The position numbers and the translations under genes were made by a program. This document shows positions 25,991 to 38,348 of a stretch of 64,000 bases of DNA, in pieces. Position 1 is the first letter of the stretch; each line of letters opens with the position of its first letter. The stretch comes from Chiloscyllium plagiosum (taxonomy: Eukaryota), in contig NC_057719.1 in NCBI RefSeq assembly GCF_004010195.1, forward strand, positions 69,502,401 to 69,566,400. The letters are read 5' to 3'. The notes under the pieces were generated by a model. It saw only the letters and a list, made by a program, of their open reading frames with translations, searched no databases and was not told the origin of the DNA.

Positions 25991-27029
25991 TTTAAAAAAA
26001 AGGTATGATTAGTCTATACGCCTATGCGTGCTCTTACGTCCGCACAGAATATCACAAGTTCACATATTAAACCCAACACCAGGTGCAACAACAGCTCATT
26101 TTGGTGAAAACTTACATCTAACAGCCACTTGATATGCAGCATTTGGCAGAACTAGCAACACAGATCGCTGAATAGGCCAATCAGCAAAACTACACCATAT
26201 GAAGTGACCCCATTTCCAATGGATTTGATTGGCTTAAAGTCTGTCATCTTACAGTGATGAAAGGATACTGGCGATGGCCTACAATGGGCCAAAATCTCAT
26301 CAGTACTCTAATAAATGACTCAATTCACCCACACATCGCAGCTTTCAAATCCAAAAACAGTATTATAAATGTGGAATGAACTATGCCAAAAGGTTTCCTA
26401 AAATTAAAAAGATCAAATTTTTCAAGTACAAGTTTTGCAGACAACATGTAATAACGCTAATACGTTTTCCAACAATGAGATATTCTTTTCTAAAGTTGCT
26501 ATGTTGCACTATATATTACCTTTTACCACAAACAATTGCCTTGATCTAAATAGTACCACCCAATGGGTATGATAATATAAATTCCTCTTATATTCCTACA
26601 TTTGCACAAAACCTGACAGATTGAATAACTGTTTAACAAATTTAATACTCGCTGTTTGACAACATGCCCCAGGGCCCTGAAAACTATTGTTTCAGATCCT
26701 GAATTGCTCCCTTCCCCCTACCCCCACCCTCCCAAAGAATTAATATAAAGCTAAAAAATACCAGTATGAATCTCAGTGTTTATTGTTGAATTGCCACCAG
26801 CTGTCGCTGACAGGATGTGAATGACCTTATCAAACTAAGGATGTTTACAGTAACCTAGTACACCCATGTTGATTGAATTTATTGCTGTCTCGTTTACTGA
26901 CTAGATTTAGAAGAAAAAATATTCAAAAGCAATGTTCAGTCTGTTCGTGTGTTGAAAGCCCAACAGATGACGAGATTTCAAATGGCACAGAAAAAAACCA
27001 AAGCTAAATCTGAACAAATTAGAAGTCTA

Positions 27030-27400
27030 TGGGTTGAATTTTCCAAGGAGTGCCAAAAATGAAAAAAAAGAGTTCTGCATTTCTAACAGGAGATACTAAA
27101 CAGTCAGGAGAAGGTTAATCACACCAACATGTTCATTGCAGTCAGCTACACCGTTCCGTCTAAGTTGCATGGCTGCACTTGCACCATGTACTCCAGGTTT
27201 CTTCACATGGCAATTGGCGTCAGCACTGGCCTGGAAGTTGCTGCAGAGCACAGACCTCAAACCCCTGCGCAGCTGAAAAGAAAATTAGATGGACAACTAA
27301 TCAGTTGCCATGTTCTGAACTTTATATGCCCAGCATCACTGCAAGCCACTTTACAGCTCCTATGAAAGAGTAACTACACAAGTGTGAAGTTAGAGTGCCA
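27030..27400 (+). mobile_element. Possible Harbinger-derived Myb/SANT remnant
   Basis: Begins GGGTTGAATTTTCC (Harbinger-like end); GLEVAAEHRPQTPAQLKRKLDG resembles the Myb/SANT-like helix region. Confidence 0.3.
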
Positions 27401-27554
27401 GGGCAGTAGTGTGCCAAATAGGTTTGGGCAGAGTGCTGGGATAGAGGAAGTGAATAGAGTGCCATGATGCCGGATAAGAGATGTTCTCTTTTGATAGGTC
27501 GGGTCAGGCTGGAGATGTCAGATGGGTTGGGGATATAGGTCCTGAAGAGCTGGA

Positions 27555-29360
27555 GGTTGTTAGAGTTATATAGCTCAGAAAGGGGCCCTTTAGTCCAACT
27601 CATCCATGCCAACTAAGTTTCTCAATTTAAACTAATCCCATTCGTATTCACTTGGCCCATACTCCTCTAAACATCTCCTATTCATGTACTTGCCCAAATA
27701 TCTTTTAAATCTTTAACTGTACCTGCATCTACCACTTCCTCTGGCAGTTCTTTCCACATACAAACCACCCTGTGTAGAAAAGGTTGCTCCTCAGATCCCT
27801 CTTAAATCTTTCTTCTCAGCTTAAAATTACGTCCTCTAGTTTTGAATTCCCCCTCCCTCAGGAAAAGCACTTTGCTAGTCATCCTATCCATGGCCCTCAT
27901 GATTTCATCTGTTAGGCCACCCCTCAGCCTCCTATGCTAGAGTGCAAAAAGGTCCCATCTACTCAGCCCCCCGTCCTTACAACTTAACTCTCAGTCCCCG
28001 TAACATCCTTATAAATCTTTTCTGCACCTTCTCCATTTTAATAAGATCCTTCATATAGCAGGGCAACCAGAACCAGACAGTACTCCAAAAGGGGCCTTAC
28101 TGATGATGTCCTGTATAACCACAGCATGACGTCCCAACTCCTACACAGTCAGTTCTGCGATAACATGCATTTCTTCAATGCAAGTTGGCTATAGCACGAC
28201 TGAAGAATTTAGACCATTTGTAGAATGCGAATGTTCCTTACCTCTATTGGCGATAATGAGATTCTGGTCCCATTGGTTTAAATGGTGCTGCTACTATGCA
28301 ATTATAATGTGGGATCACACAGAGACGGGACTATAGAGTTATATCAGAACAGTCTGTACTCAATAGTCTAAGTGTGCCAACCGTCTTCTTAACCACCCTG
28401 TCTACCTGTGACGCAACTTTCAAAGAACCATGTACTTGAACTCCTAGAATCTATTTGACAACACTCACCAGGGCCCTAACATTAACAACCTAAGTCCTGC
28501 CCTTTCTCGTCTTACCAAAATGCAACTCACTGCAATTATCCAAACTAAACTCCATTACCACTCTGCAGGTCATTGGCCCAACTGATCAAGATCCCACTGA
28601 AATCTTAGATAACCTTCTTCAGTATCCACTATACCACTAATTGTCTCTCAAAAGCTCTTCCAATAAATTACCCACCACTGATATTTAGACTCACCAAGTG
28701 TAGATTCCAGGCTTCTCACAGCCTTTCTTAAAAGGAAGGCACAACATTAGTCCTCCTCAAGTCTTCTGGCACCTCACCCATGACTATAGATTTTACAAAT
28801 ATCTCTGATAGGGGCCCCGCAATTTCTTCCCTAGCTCCTTCCCACAATGTCATAGGATACACTTGATCAGGTCATGGAAATTTGTCCACCTTTATGCTTC
28901 TTAAAATATCCAGCACCACCTTTTCTGTAATGTGGACTGGTTTTCAAGAAGTCTCCTTCGAGCTCCCTAGCTTCCATTTCTTTCTCCATAGTAAATACTG
29001 ACATGAACTATTCACTTAATATCTCTCCTGTGATTCCACACACAGGTGGCCTTGTTGAACTTTAAAGGGACCTTATTCTCTCCTTAGTTACTCATTTGCA
29101 CTTAACATATTCAAAGAATTTATTTGAATTAACCTTATCATCCATGGCTAAGATTACTTTATATACCTTTCTGCCTTCCTGATTTCCCTGTTAAAAATGC
29201 CCCTACTCTCCTTGTACTTGTCAAAACATTCACTTGACCCTTTTGTCTATACCTGACACATACCTCCTTGTTCTTCATTATCTCTATTCATTCATTGTTT
29301 CCTACTCTTCACAGCATTACCTTTCACTTTAATAGGAACATAATGCCTGTGAACTCTCAT
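27555..29360 (-). mobile_element. Decayed CR1 LINE with a nested MITE
   Basis: 3' UTR and ORF2 segments colinear with other CR1 copies (e.g. GTCCAACTCATCCATGCC, CCACTTCCTCTGGCAG, GTAAATACTG). Confidence 0.8.
28146..28356. mobile_element. Tc1/mariner-superfamily (Tigger-like) MITE, 211 bp
   Basis: Imperfect 19-bp TIRs CAGTCAGTTCTGCGATAAC / GTTATATCAGAACAGTCTG; TA on the right, CA on the left; splits CR1 CCCAACTCCTA|TACTCAAT. Confidence 0.75.
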
Positions 29361-29460
29361 TGAGAGAGAGATGGGATTTTTTCCCCCAGGGATTGGGGTG
29401 TGCGTGTGCGTGCACATGCGCGAGTGAGTGTAAGAGAGAGTATGGTTGTTCTTTTCAGGG

Positions 29461-29536
29461 TCTAGAATTATTGAACGCAACATTGAGATCTGAAGGCTGC
29501 AGTGTCTCTAAATGAAAAATGAGATGTTGTTCTTCC
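29461..29536 (-). mobile_element. PLE ORF C-terminal (post-GIY-YIG) fragment
   Basis: Translates to EEQHLIFHLETLQPSDLNVAFNNSR, resembling the PLE C-terminal L.TL.P.GLN motif. Confidence 0.7.
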
Positions 29537-29654
29537 TCTAAGAATTGCTGAGAAATTGAAGCCTAGGGGAGATCAGCCATGAACTTGCTAAATTCTTTTT
29601 TGGAACACAGAACATGAGAGAATCTAACCATTGCCTGTTGAATTTAAATATTAT

Positions 29655-30285
29655 CACCACTGAATCCCATATCACCATCCTGGGGATTACTATTGGCTAA
29701 AAAAATGATTTGGAGCAGCCATAAAAAAAATGGTTGCTACAAGAGGAAGATGGAATTTCTGTAGTAACTAACTCATCTGATCTCTCTCCAAAAGGTTGAA
29801 AGCAAGGAGTGTAACAGAATAGTTCAAGTACCTAAATGAGTGAAGCTCCAATATGTTAAGCACCATCCAGAAAAAAGTAATCCTTGAGGGGCACCTGACA
29901 AGACCAATATTCAGTCTTCAAATAGTGATGGAAATGACCATCTACAAGTTGCCCAACAATAATTCACCAGCCTCCTCTGACATCACCTTCTAAAGCCACA
30001 CAGAATCTACCATTTAGAAGGACAAAGGCAGTGGTTGTATAGTATCACCACCGCACGCAGGTGCCCCTAAGCCACACATTATCCTGATTCACAACTTCAT
30101 AATTCTTCCTTCACTGTCACTGGGGCAAAATCCCAAATCTCCCTTCCTAATAGTACTGTGGGCCTACCAACTCTCTTTGCTGCAGCAACTCATGAAAATA
30201 CTTCACTATGACCTTCAAAGGCAATTGGGGATGGGCAATAAATGTTAGCCTAGTTATCAATAACCACATGCCATGAGCAGGAACT
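29655..30285 (+). mobile_element. Old CR1-clade LINE (second family), 3' end
   Basis: ATCCTGGGGATTACTATT (ILGITI); 3' tail GGCAATTGGGGATGGGCAATAAATGTTAGCC, shared with SINE-like copies. Confidence 0.65.
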
Positions 30286-30339
30286 AATGCAGACTCCATA
30301 CAAGATTCACAGAGATAGTATAAGAGGAGAAAAATAGTT

Positions 30340-30796
30340 AGACCATAAGACCATAAGACATAGGAGTGGAAGTAAGGCCATTCGGCCCATCGAATCCACT
30401 CCGCCATTCAATCATGGCTGATGCGCATTTCAGCTCCACTTACCAGCGTTCTCCCCGTAGCCCTTAATTCCTCGAGACAACAAGAATCTATCAATCTCGG
30501 CCTTGAAGACATTTAGCGTCCCGGCTTCCACTGCACTCCGTGGCAATGAATTCCACAGGCCCACCACTCTCTGGCTGAAGAAATGTCTCCGCATTCCTGT
30601 TCTGAAATGACCCCCTCTAATTCTAAGGCTGTGTCCACGGGTCCTAGTCTCCTCGCCTAACAGAAACAATTTCCTAGCATCCACCTTTTCCAAGCCATGT
30701 ATTATTTTGTACGTCTCTATTAAGTCTCCCCTTAATCTTCTAAACTCCAACGAATACAATCCCAGTATCCTCAGCCGTTCCTCATATGTTAGACCT
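30340..30796 (-). mobile_element. Young CR1 LINE 3' end (third family)
   Basis: ORF YSLEFRRLRGDLIETYKI...RTRGHSL..FFSQRVVGLWNSLP; tail (CTTATGGT)n; CpGs retained. Confidence 0.9.
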
Positions 30797-30867
30797 GAAA
30801 TGGCCTATTTCTGCTCCTATGACTTATGGGTCTAAAATCATAATAATCAGGTGAGTACCCAATTCAG

Positions 30868-31012
30868 AGATAGAAACAGTAAGTGCTGGAGAAAGTCAGC
30901 AGGTCTGGCAGAGTTTGTGGAAAAACAGAATTAATGCTTCAAGTCCAGTTCTGAGGAAATCAAGCTGAACTCTGTTTCAGATTTCCAACATCCATAGTAT
31001 TTTGTTTTTATT
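30868..31012. mobile_element. Old PLE family-B fold-back remnant
   Basis: GTGCTGGAGAAAGTCAGCAGGTCTGGCA arm, GTTCTGAGGA core remnant, and TTTCAGATTTCCAACATC...TTTTGTTTTTATT end. Confidence 0.5.
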
Positions 31013-31299
31013 TGAGTCTCCCCAGTTCAGTATGCCTTCTATGTTCTGAGTTAACTGTTTTATTAATAGGGCTTTTAATAACTGGCCTAAGGACAAGATT
31101 GCCAACATTAGAACAGGAAGAGACCATTGCGCCCTTGAAGTCAGGTTATGGAAGCTGCCTTCGGCATGGCCTAACTCCCTTTGTCCCATCTAACGATCTA
31201 TTGTCTCAAGTGCTAAAATGTTTAGAGGAAGAGTAACCAAAACTTTGGGTTGAAAATGCTTCCAGATTTTCTTTCTGAATGAGCTGAATCTAATGCAAA

Positions 31300-31490
31300 G
31301 AATTTGACTCCAATGCTAGATAGACCACATCCACTGGGTTTCCCTGGTCTAACCTACTTGTTACCTCTTCAAAAAATTCCAACAGGTTTGTCAGGCATGA
31401 CCTCCCTTTACTAAATCCATGTTGACTTGTTCTAATCAGACTCTGCTCTTCCAAGAATTTAGAAACCTCATCCTTAATGATGGATTCTAG
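31300..31490 (-). mobile_element. CR1 RT internal fragment
   Basis: Reverse complement encodes SQHGFSKGRSCLTNLLEFFEEVTSRLDQGNPVDVVYL. Confidence 0.85.
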
Positions 31491-34219
31491 TTATTTATAT
31501 TGAATGCTTTGCCACATTTTATACAACAACTTTGAATGCACAAAGCTGGAAGATGTTTGTTCCAGCTTAGACTTAGTTGCACATCAGGTGCATAATCTTT
31601 CACTGTCAACCGTTAGCCACTTGCTCTAATCTCTCACCTCATCAATTGCACACCACATTTTCCAACATAAACTTACAGAAACAAGAACCTCCAGACAGTA
31701 CTATGAAAGATTATGTCAATTGTAAAATTACCTTCCAAATCTCTTTTTTTAATGAAGGAACTAGCAATTTGGTAATTGATTTGAGAACCTAACTTTGGTA
31801 AATAAATAAATTCTATTCAGGTGATTTAGGCAACTATTTAGACGCTTTTCCAAATTCATTGTTGTCAGATTACTTTATGAAGGAAAAGAAAACCTGAACC
31901 AATTTACGCAGAACACCAGGTTGCTTGAAATAAAACTGATGAAGGGTGATATAACAGAGGCAGCATTCAATATTGGTGCGAAGTCTGAACACATGAAAGA
32001 GAAAGCATTATCAGCTGCAGTCTTAAATAACAGAGCTGTGTATTAAAAACCTGAGACTTCGGTTTCATTTTTCTTCATGAAAAGATTGGAGCAGTACCTC
32101 TTATGTGGTTTAAGAGAATCAATTAAAAACACTTAACATTCAGAAAATTAGCTAGTCATTTCCTCAATTTACGAATTGTTAGGATATCTAATTATTGAGT
32201 AGCTGTTTAAATGTATTTTCATATAGGCTGAGAAATGCAAACTAATCCTTCTTGTATAACTTGTTCAATGATTCCTCAAATACCTTGCAAATATAAAGGA
32301 TAACTAATTTGTAAATTCTAGATCCACTAAAAAGCCCAAGCATCAATCATGTTAAATGAACCACAGGTGATGAATAAACAGCCACAGTTGCACAGTTAAG
32401 CTTTCTCAGATGATCAAACATAACTTATTCTAAACAGATTACTTCAACCATAGTTCAATCAGCAATTCTAATGGGATTTAAATAAGCAAACAGATGCACT
32501 CAGTAAAACAAGCAATATTTGTAGCATTTTGAAAGGTTAATGCTTCCTATTCTCAAATCCAATTCCAACCCCTCAAAGGGGGCATTTAGAAATATTTTAA
32601 TTTGACTGATCCAATCATATTGCTCAATTATGAAGCAAAGAAAAAAAAAACAGAACGCTAGCTGAAAGCATTGGTCACAGATAAGATGACCAATGTGTCA
32701 ATTATATATTTGAAAGATATTCGCAGCTCACTTGTCAGACTTGAAACGGAGATTGAATGCTTCACATTTTGACTCAAAAAACCCAAGGCTTTGAATACTA
32801 AAGGGGTAAAAAGTTACTGGATTAGGCAGAAATGCAGCTGAAGGTAACAAATTTTATTGAATGGCAGAGCAGATTTGAGGGGGTCAATGGCCGACTGCAG
32901 CTTCTCATTCATAATGTCAAAAAAATACATTCAGAAAAAGGTACGCAATGTAAATTCACTTAAAACAATCAGATAAACATGCTGTCTTTCACAGAATCTT
33001 GGTAGCATCTATTTGAAGCAAACCGTACCAAGCTTAAACAGTGGGCACTGTAAAGACTGTATGGGAGGGGAAACATTTACGAGACCAAAGAAAAGGAATT
33101 TTCATTCTTTGTGGCATTCATAATTAAGTACATTTAAAAGCATACTTAAAAGAAAAAAAAACAAATGGAAATCTAAATTGATGTCTCTCCATATTCATGC
33201 TTCGTTCTCAGACTGTCTTTTCCTTTCAGTACAGTAGCACAGCTTCTATTTGATAGATATTATTCTGGAATACGTGCACAAGTTCAACAATTCACTGACT
33301 GCATTTTCTTTTTGTGCTGTGAAAGGAAGATGGAATGAGGATGGGAGAAAGTTCTCTCAACGACACATCCTCTGGAATAACCTAACAGCAAGCTTCTCGA
33401 TTTTTGCATAATTCCGGACATGTAGACTAGACTGCCGAAGTTGCTGCCGTTTCAGTGGCGTAGCGATGATCAAAGCAAAGTTCTGTCGTCATTGCCACCT
33501 TAAAATCCGCGATCTTGACAATCTGATCAACAGTTATCACAGAGCAATGAACTGAACTGCAGTAAATAGCTACTATAGACTGAAAAATTCCAGTGCATCA
33601 TAGAACAGGAATGAAGCATGTTATACAGTAATCATTCGAGTATATAATTAGCAGTTCAGTGATCAAACCAATATGCTGATGTACCTGTACCAATTGTACA
33701 ATTAATATACAAAACATCTAAAAAAAATTGGCTGGATTTCACAATGAAAATTGGATGGGATTTTGTCTATTTTGTTGCAGTTGTTTGACATTTTAAATAA
33801 ATTGGCTGCTGATTTGGAATAAAACCAGGTGCAAAAAGATAATATCAAGAAGAATGAGATGTTGTCTATTTCATAGAAAATGCCTCAGTACACGAGAAGA
33901 TATGCAACATTTATTACTGGATCAGATCAATCTGGATGACTGTGTAATTCTTCTATTTCCGTTAACTTTAACCTATAGGGAGAGTCAGATGTGCCAGTTT
34001 TATATTTATAATTGGAATTTTGAAACAGTCAGGTCAACTTAAAAGGCCAGTGTAAATTCATTATACTGGGTTTGTGGGATTACAGCTGGATTTTTGGAGA
34101 GATGATATTCAATTATTCCATTTTCTCCCCCTTAACGAAAGAAAACAAGGTTCTTACTCATTACATGCAAAAGGACAAATATTTGCTTTAATCAAGGCCA
34201 CCAAATTATAACAACATTA

Positions 34220-34560
34220 ACTGCATTCCGGAGCCTCGACAAATAATTCAGAGATGTCAGTTCAAAGCCCACAAGTCAGTTTGAGAATTCAAATTCAGTT
34301 AATTAAATAAAATCAGATATAAGAAGAAAGATTTTGTTATGGCATTCATAAAACTACCAGACTGTCTTGAAATTTCATGTGGTTCACAAATGTCCACCAG
34401 GAAAACAAATCTGCCATTCCTAACTGGTCTGGGCTGCATGCAACTGTAGACTCACTATGGTGTACATGACTCTTACATGTCTTCTGAAATGGCCCAAGTA
34501 ATGCACTCAGTTGGGCAACTATGAATTAGCAATAAATCTCAACATCACATCATTAGATTA
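34220..34560 (+). mobile_element. Old SINE-like element with a CR1-type tail (related pieces on minus at about 5095-5170 and 57105-57390)
   Basis: AGTTCAAAGCCCAC B-box-like; shared AAATCTGCCAT(T)CCT core; tail GGGCAACT..GCAATAAAT. Confidence 0.55.
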
Positions 34561-35857
34561 AGTAAATATAGGTACTGGAAATACAAGGATGTCAGAACAA
34601 TGCCAACAGACTTCCAAAACATAACTGACGTTGTTTGCAACAAGATTTTGAAAGTAAATAAAAGCAAACCAAATATCTTATATTTAATAACAATAATAGT
34701 TTACTTTATTCTAGGTTCAATGACTAAACATTATCTATAATAACTTAAAACAATTCAAACAAATAACTACAAACCATTTTTAATTTTAACAGACACAAAA
34801 TACTTTAGAAATAAGAAACGTTTTGAACACACCAGAGATATACATTTCAAAGAAAGGGAATAAAACAAAGTTGAATAAAAACATCTGTTTTGACAAATGT
34901 TTGATATAATCAAAGTATTGCATAAAAACAATGATGTTTGTCATGAAGCAAATATATCTTTTTCAAATCAATGACTTGCATTCTTGTTTTCTAAGTGTTT
35001 TATACATCTTGACAAGCTTAATTTTGCTTTAAACTCAGTAGAGCATGACCTTATGTTACATTGTGAAGAGATTTTAAAAGATGCTCCATCAAGTTTACAT
35101 CTTACACTTCATTCAATAATAACTTTCAAATAAATAAAATTTGGACACACCTGGATTATAATTCAACACAACTACTAAAAAAAATCTTGAATAGCATCAT
35201 GCAGGTCAATCTAATTGACTGCAGAAAAGAGATTTATTTTAACTAGAGTGAAGACTGGGGGTGAAATTAATTTGTATTTTTAAAAGTACTTCTCTCTTCC
35301 CCAGACTAAGATCAGAAATTTCTCTATGGCTAAACCCATAGAGACTAATATTTTATCTATAACTATTCTGCAGATATTGCGTGAAAACTAGCACAGTTCC
35401 AATACAAATATGCACATCACCACTGTATCCTACCTTAATGTTTTTATCCACCCAAGACCAACCTGCCGAAGTGACACTAGCACTTGCCACATGAGAGGCA
35501 ATGATGAACACACAAATGATCACACTCTGTGCTACATGTACAATTTTCAAGTGTATGTACGAGCTGCACAGGGGAAAATTAGCCAACTTGACATGGCTAA
35601 TCCAGTACTTTCAAAGACAGCACTGCACAAAGCTTCACACTTTACTAACATTTTTTCTAGTAGTGATACTGCAATCATTATTTTCTATGTTACTGGCCCA
35701 GAATAACTTCAATAAAATGCTCATATCTGGCAAATGATCAAATTTTCAACTCAAAAGCCAATCCTCTATTTTAAAAAAATGTTTAAAAAGTGACCAGTGT
35801 AAGAGAGGTCAGGTTTGTGATATATTGCATCAGGAACTTATGCAAAAAAAAGCACAT

Positions 35858-35993
35858 GTCGAGAGAGTGGTGCTGAAATACCACAGCAATGACTTGCCCG
35901 AAACGTCGATTCTCCTGCTCCTCAGATGCTGCCTGAGCTGTTGTGCTGTTTCAGCGCCACACTCAACTCTGATCTCCAGCCCTCACTCTCTCC
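35858..35993 (+). mobile_element. Short PLE terminal unit with small 5' inversion; hammerhead truncated in helix II
   Basis: Inverted piece 35858-35888, then TGCCCGAAACGTCGATT...CTCACTCTCTCC. Confidence 0.8.
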
Positions 35994-36899
35994 ACAAAGA
36001 AAAAACACGCCAACCCTAAGTGATCCAATTTCAAAAAAGTTCATACTAATAGAACATTATAACGCAGTACAAGCCCTTCGGCACTCGATGTTGCGCCGAC
36101 ATGGCATAAAAGCTAAAATAGGTTGTTGCAAACAATCGTACTGAGCACAACCAAACTTGTATTTCTACTGGAAGTTGCACAACTCCTAATAAAATCAATT
36201 CGTTACTGCTATCTTTTCAGCCTTTAACAAACATTTCAGCCTCCTGAAGCAGTGCGCACATCGACACCTTTCATCCGGGAGAAGGTATGGAAAACTCCTG
36301 TCCCAGAAGCAAAACGAAAATCAAAACTGTCAGCACATTACAATTCAGGATATGCAAACTGCCAACGTGTCTAACTCAAATACGTTGCACCGAAACTTGT
36401 AAACATTTACACGAGCATATGCAGTTGGACAGTGTTACTTTCCAGAAAGTGCATTCACCTGACTGCGAATCGAGGTATTCTGGCTTGAAGGCTGAGCCGA
36501 GAAAATGATCAGACTGCATGGGGGAAACTTGTCAACAGCTACCGCTGTTTTATGCACAGTGCCCCGTGCAGAGAGAGAGAGAAAAAAATGATTCTGATAA
36601 GGAGCCCCTCGGGCATCGCAAAGCCATTAGCGACTGAGGCACCGACTGATGGAGAAAGAACTGCACACACAATATATATATATTAAAAAAAAACAGAACA
36701 AAGTAGTAGATAAACCACGACTTCAAAACGAGAGATCCTTCACAGCTCTGCCAGAGACAAACTTAAATTTGGAAATTTATTCCTGCCGGGGGGCAAGACA
36801 CTCCATGCACCGAACAAACAGTTATAATTCCGAACACTTTTTTTTAAAAAAAGGGGACAATTTACCACCTTGGCCCTCCCCTCACAGTGAGAGCTGGAC

Positions 36900-37650
36900 A
36901 TCACTGAGAAATGACAACTGCCTGGTGTGATAAACAGAAACATGCTTTTTTGAATTGAGCAGGACGGTTAGCCACGCGGGAGTTACAGCTTCTCTCGACT
37001 CACCCGTTGTTTGCAACAAGGCAGAAGTTTGTCAGTCTGAGCCTGAGCGATGGGAGTGGGCTGGACAGCGTCCCTCCCTGACAAGGTGCTGAAGCCCTCC
37101 CTTTCACACCATCACCAGGTGAGCCCCGGACACCGACATCCAGCCGCCAACCTCGGGGACAACTTCAAAAACACTCGCTCGCCTCCACGCACCGGCTCAG
37201 CCGACCCCGGCAGCCCGGGTCCGCTCCGGGAAACTGGGCTGCTTTGAGCTGTCACCGGCTCCCAACTGGAGCTGGAGCTGCTGCTGCTGTTGCCGTTGGC
37301 GGCGCACCCCGCCCGCTCCCTCGCTGCACATTCCCCGGCTCGGCGCCGCCCTCCTGCAACCACCCGTCCGTCAGTTACCTCCTCAGTGCGCACGCGCCCC
37401 AACGCCGTGTGCCCGCCCCGGCCGCCAATACCGCTGCCGATTGGCTCCCGCGCCCGCAACGCCGCTCCAATTGGTCACGACCGCCGTCGAGCACGTCGCT
37501 GATTGGACCGTGCTAAACGCTGTTGTTTGGTTCAATCAGAGCGGGCATCACTGATTGGCTATTCCGGCTCCGTCCGGCTCTGATTGGCTTCTTTTCGTGG
37601 CCGGTGGTTAGTGCTGTCAATCAAACCGCGCGGGCAGCATCTTGCAAGCG
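36900..37650. promoter_or_regulatory. CpG island promoter with CCAAT (NF-Y) array and GC boxes
   Basis: Only strongly GC/CpG-rich unique segment in the window; ATTGG at 37440, 37470, 37502, 37554, 37583; CCAAT at 37425, 37467; GC boxes near 37307 and 37412. Confidence 0.88.
37004..37400 (-). other. Probable non-coding first exon of an unidentified gene
   Basis: Consensus donor CGG|GTGAGT at 37004/37003, downstream (minus strand) of the CCAAT array; short CAG run; TSS approximate. Confidence 0.7.
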
Positions 37651-38032
37651 TAGAACTTAGCTGGTGGGAAGAAACATTGTGGTTACATTACTCGCTGAAT
37701 CCTTTTATCATTTCAACAACAAAGTTAACTTTAGAACAAGATCCAATCAATTTATTTCATTAATAAAAAAGTGCAAACCATCATGTTGCAATCGACTCTC
37801 TCAACTGAAGTTTGGAAAATTATTTTAATTCGAAGAGGGACAGCGCTGACGGGTATGCCCAGTGACATTGAGTACCTTTCGCTAAACATGCATCTAATTT
37901 CAGCACAGCACTTCTAAGCACTTTAGAAACGTTGGACTTTAGTTAGACTCAAAGTCTACAGCCAAAGGACAGCCTCAGGTTCTGAGCAGAGCTTATTATC
38001 AATTGGTAACTGAAGCAAGGATGGGCAAACAG

Positions 38033-38348
38033 TTCCCCCACACCCCATCACCTCATCCCAGATCCAACCCTCCAACTCGGCACTGCCCTCTTGATCCGTC
38101 CTACCTGTCCATCTTTCTTCCCGCTTATCTGCTCCACCCACCCCACCAACATATCACAATTATCCCCCACCTGCATCCATCTAGCGCCTTCCCAGCTATC
38201 TTTTCTCCAGCACCACTCCAACCCTCCTATTTATCTCTCAGCCCCCTTCCCCCTCCACATTTTTGATGAAGCCCTAATGCCCAAAACATCGACTCTGCTG
38301 CTTCTCAGATGTTACCTGACATGCTGCGCTTTTCCAGTGTCAAACTTG
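38033..38348 (+). mobile_element. PLE 3' UTR and terminal region with a dead hammerhead
   Basis: C-rich segment homologous to 22190-22440; TTGATGAAGCCCTAATGCCCAAAACATCGACT. Confidence 0.75.

Noticed and set aside
33440..33467. Small hairpin containing CAGTG as an iron-responsive element
   Set aside because: The 5-nt flanks of CAGTGN do not pair, and it is on the strand opposite the presumed transcript.
37112..37459. 115-aa minus-strand ORF, and overlapping plus ORFs, in the CpG island
   Set aside because: Low-complexity product of GC-rich DNA, non-ATG start within the promoter, no recognisable homology.
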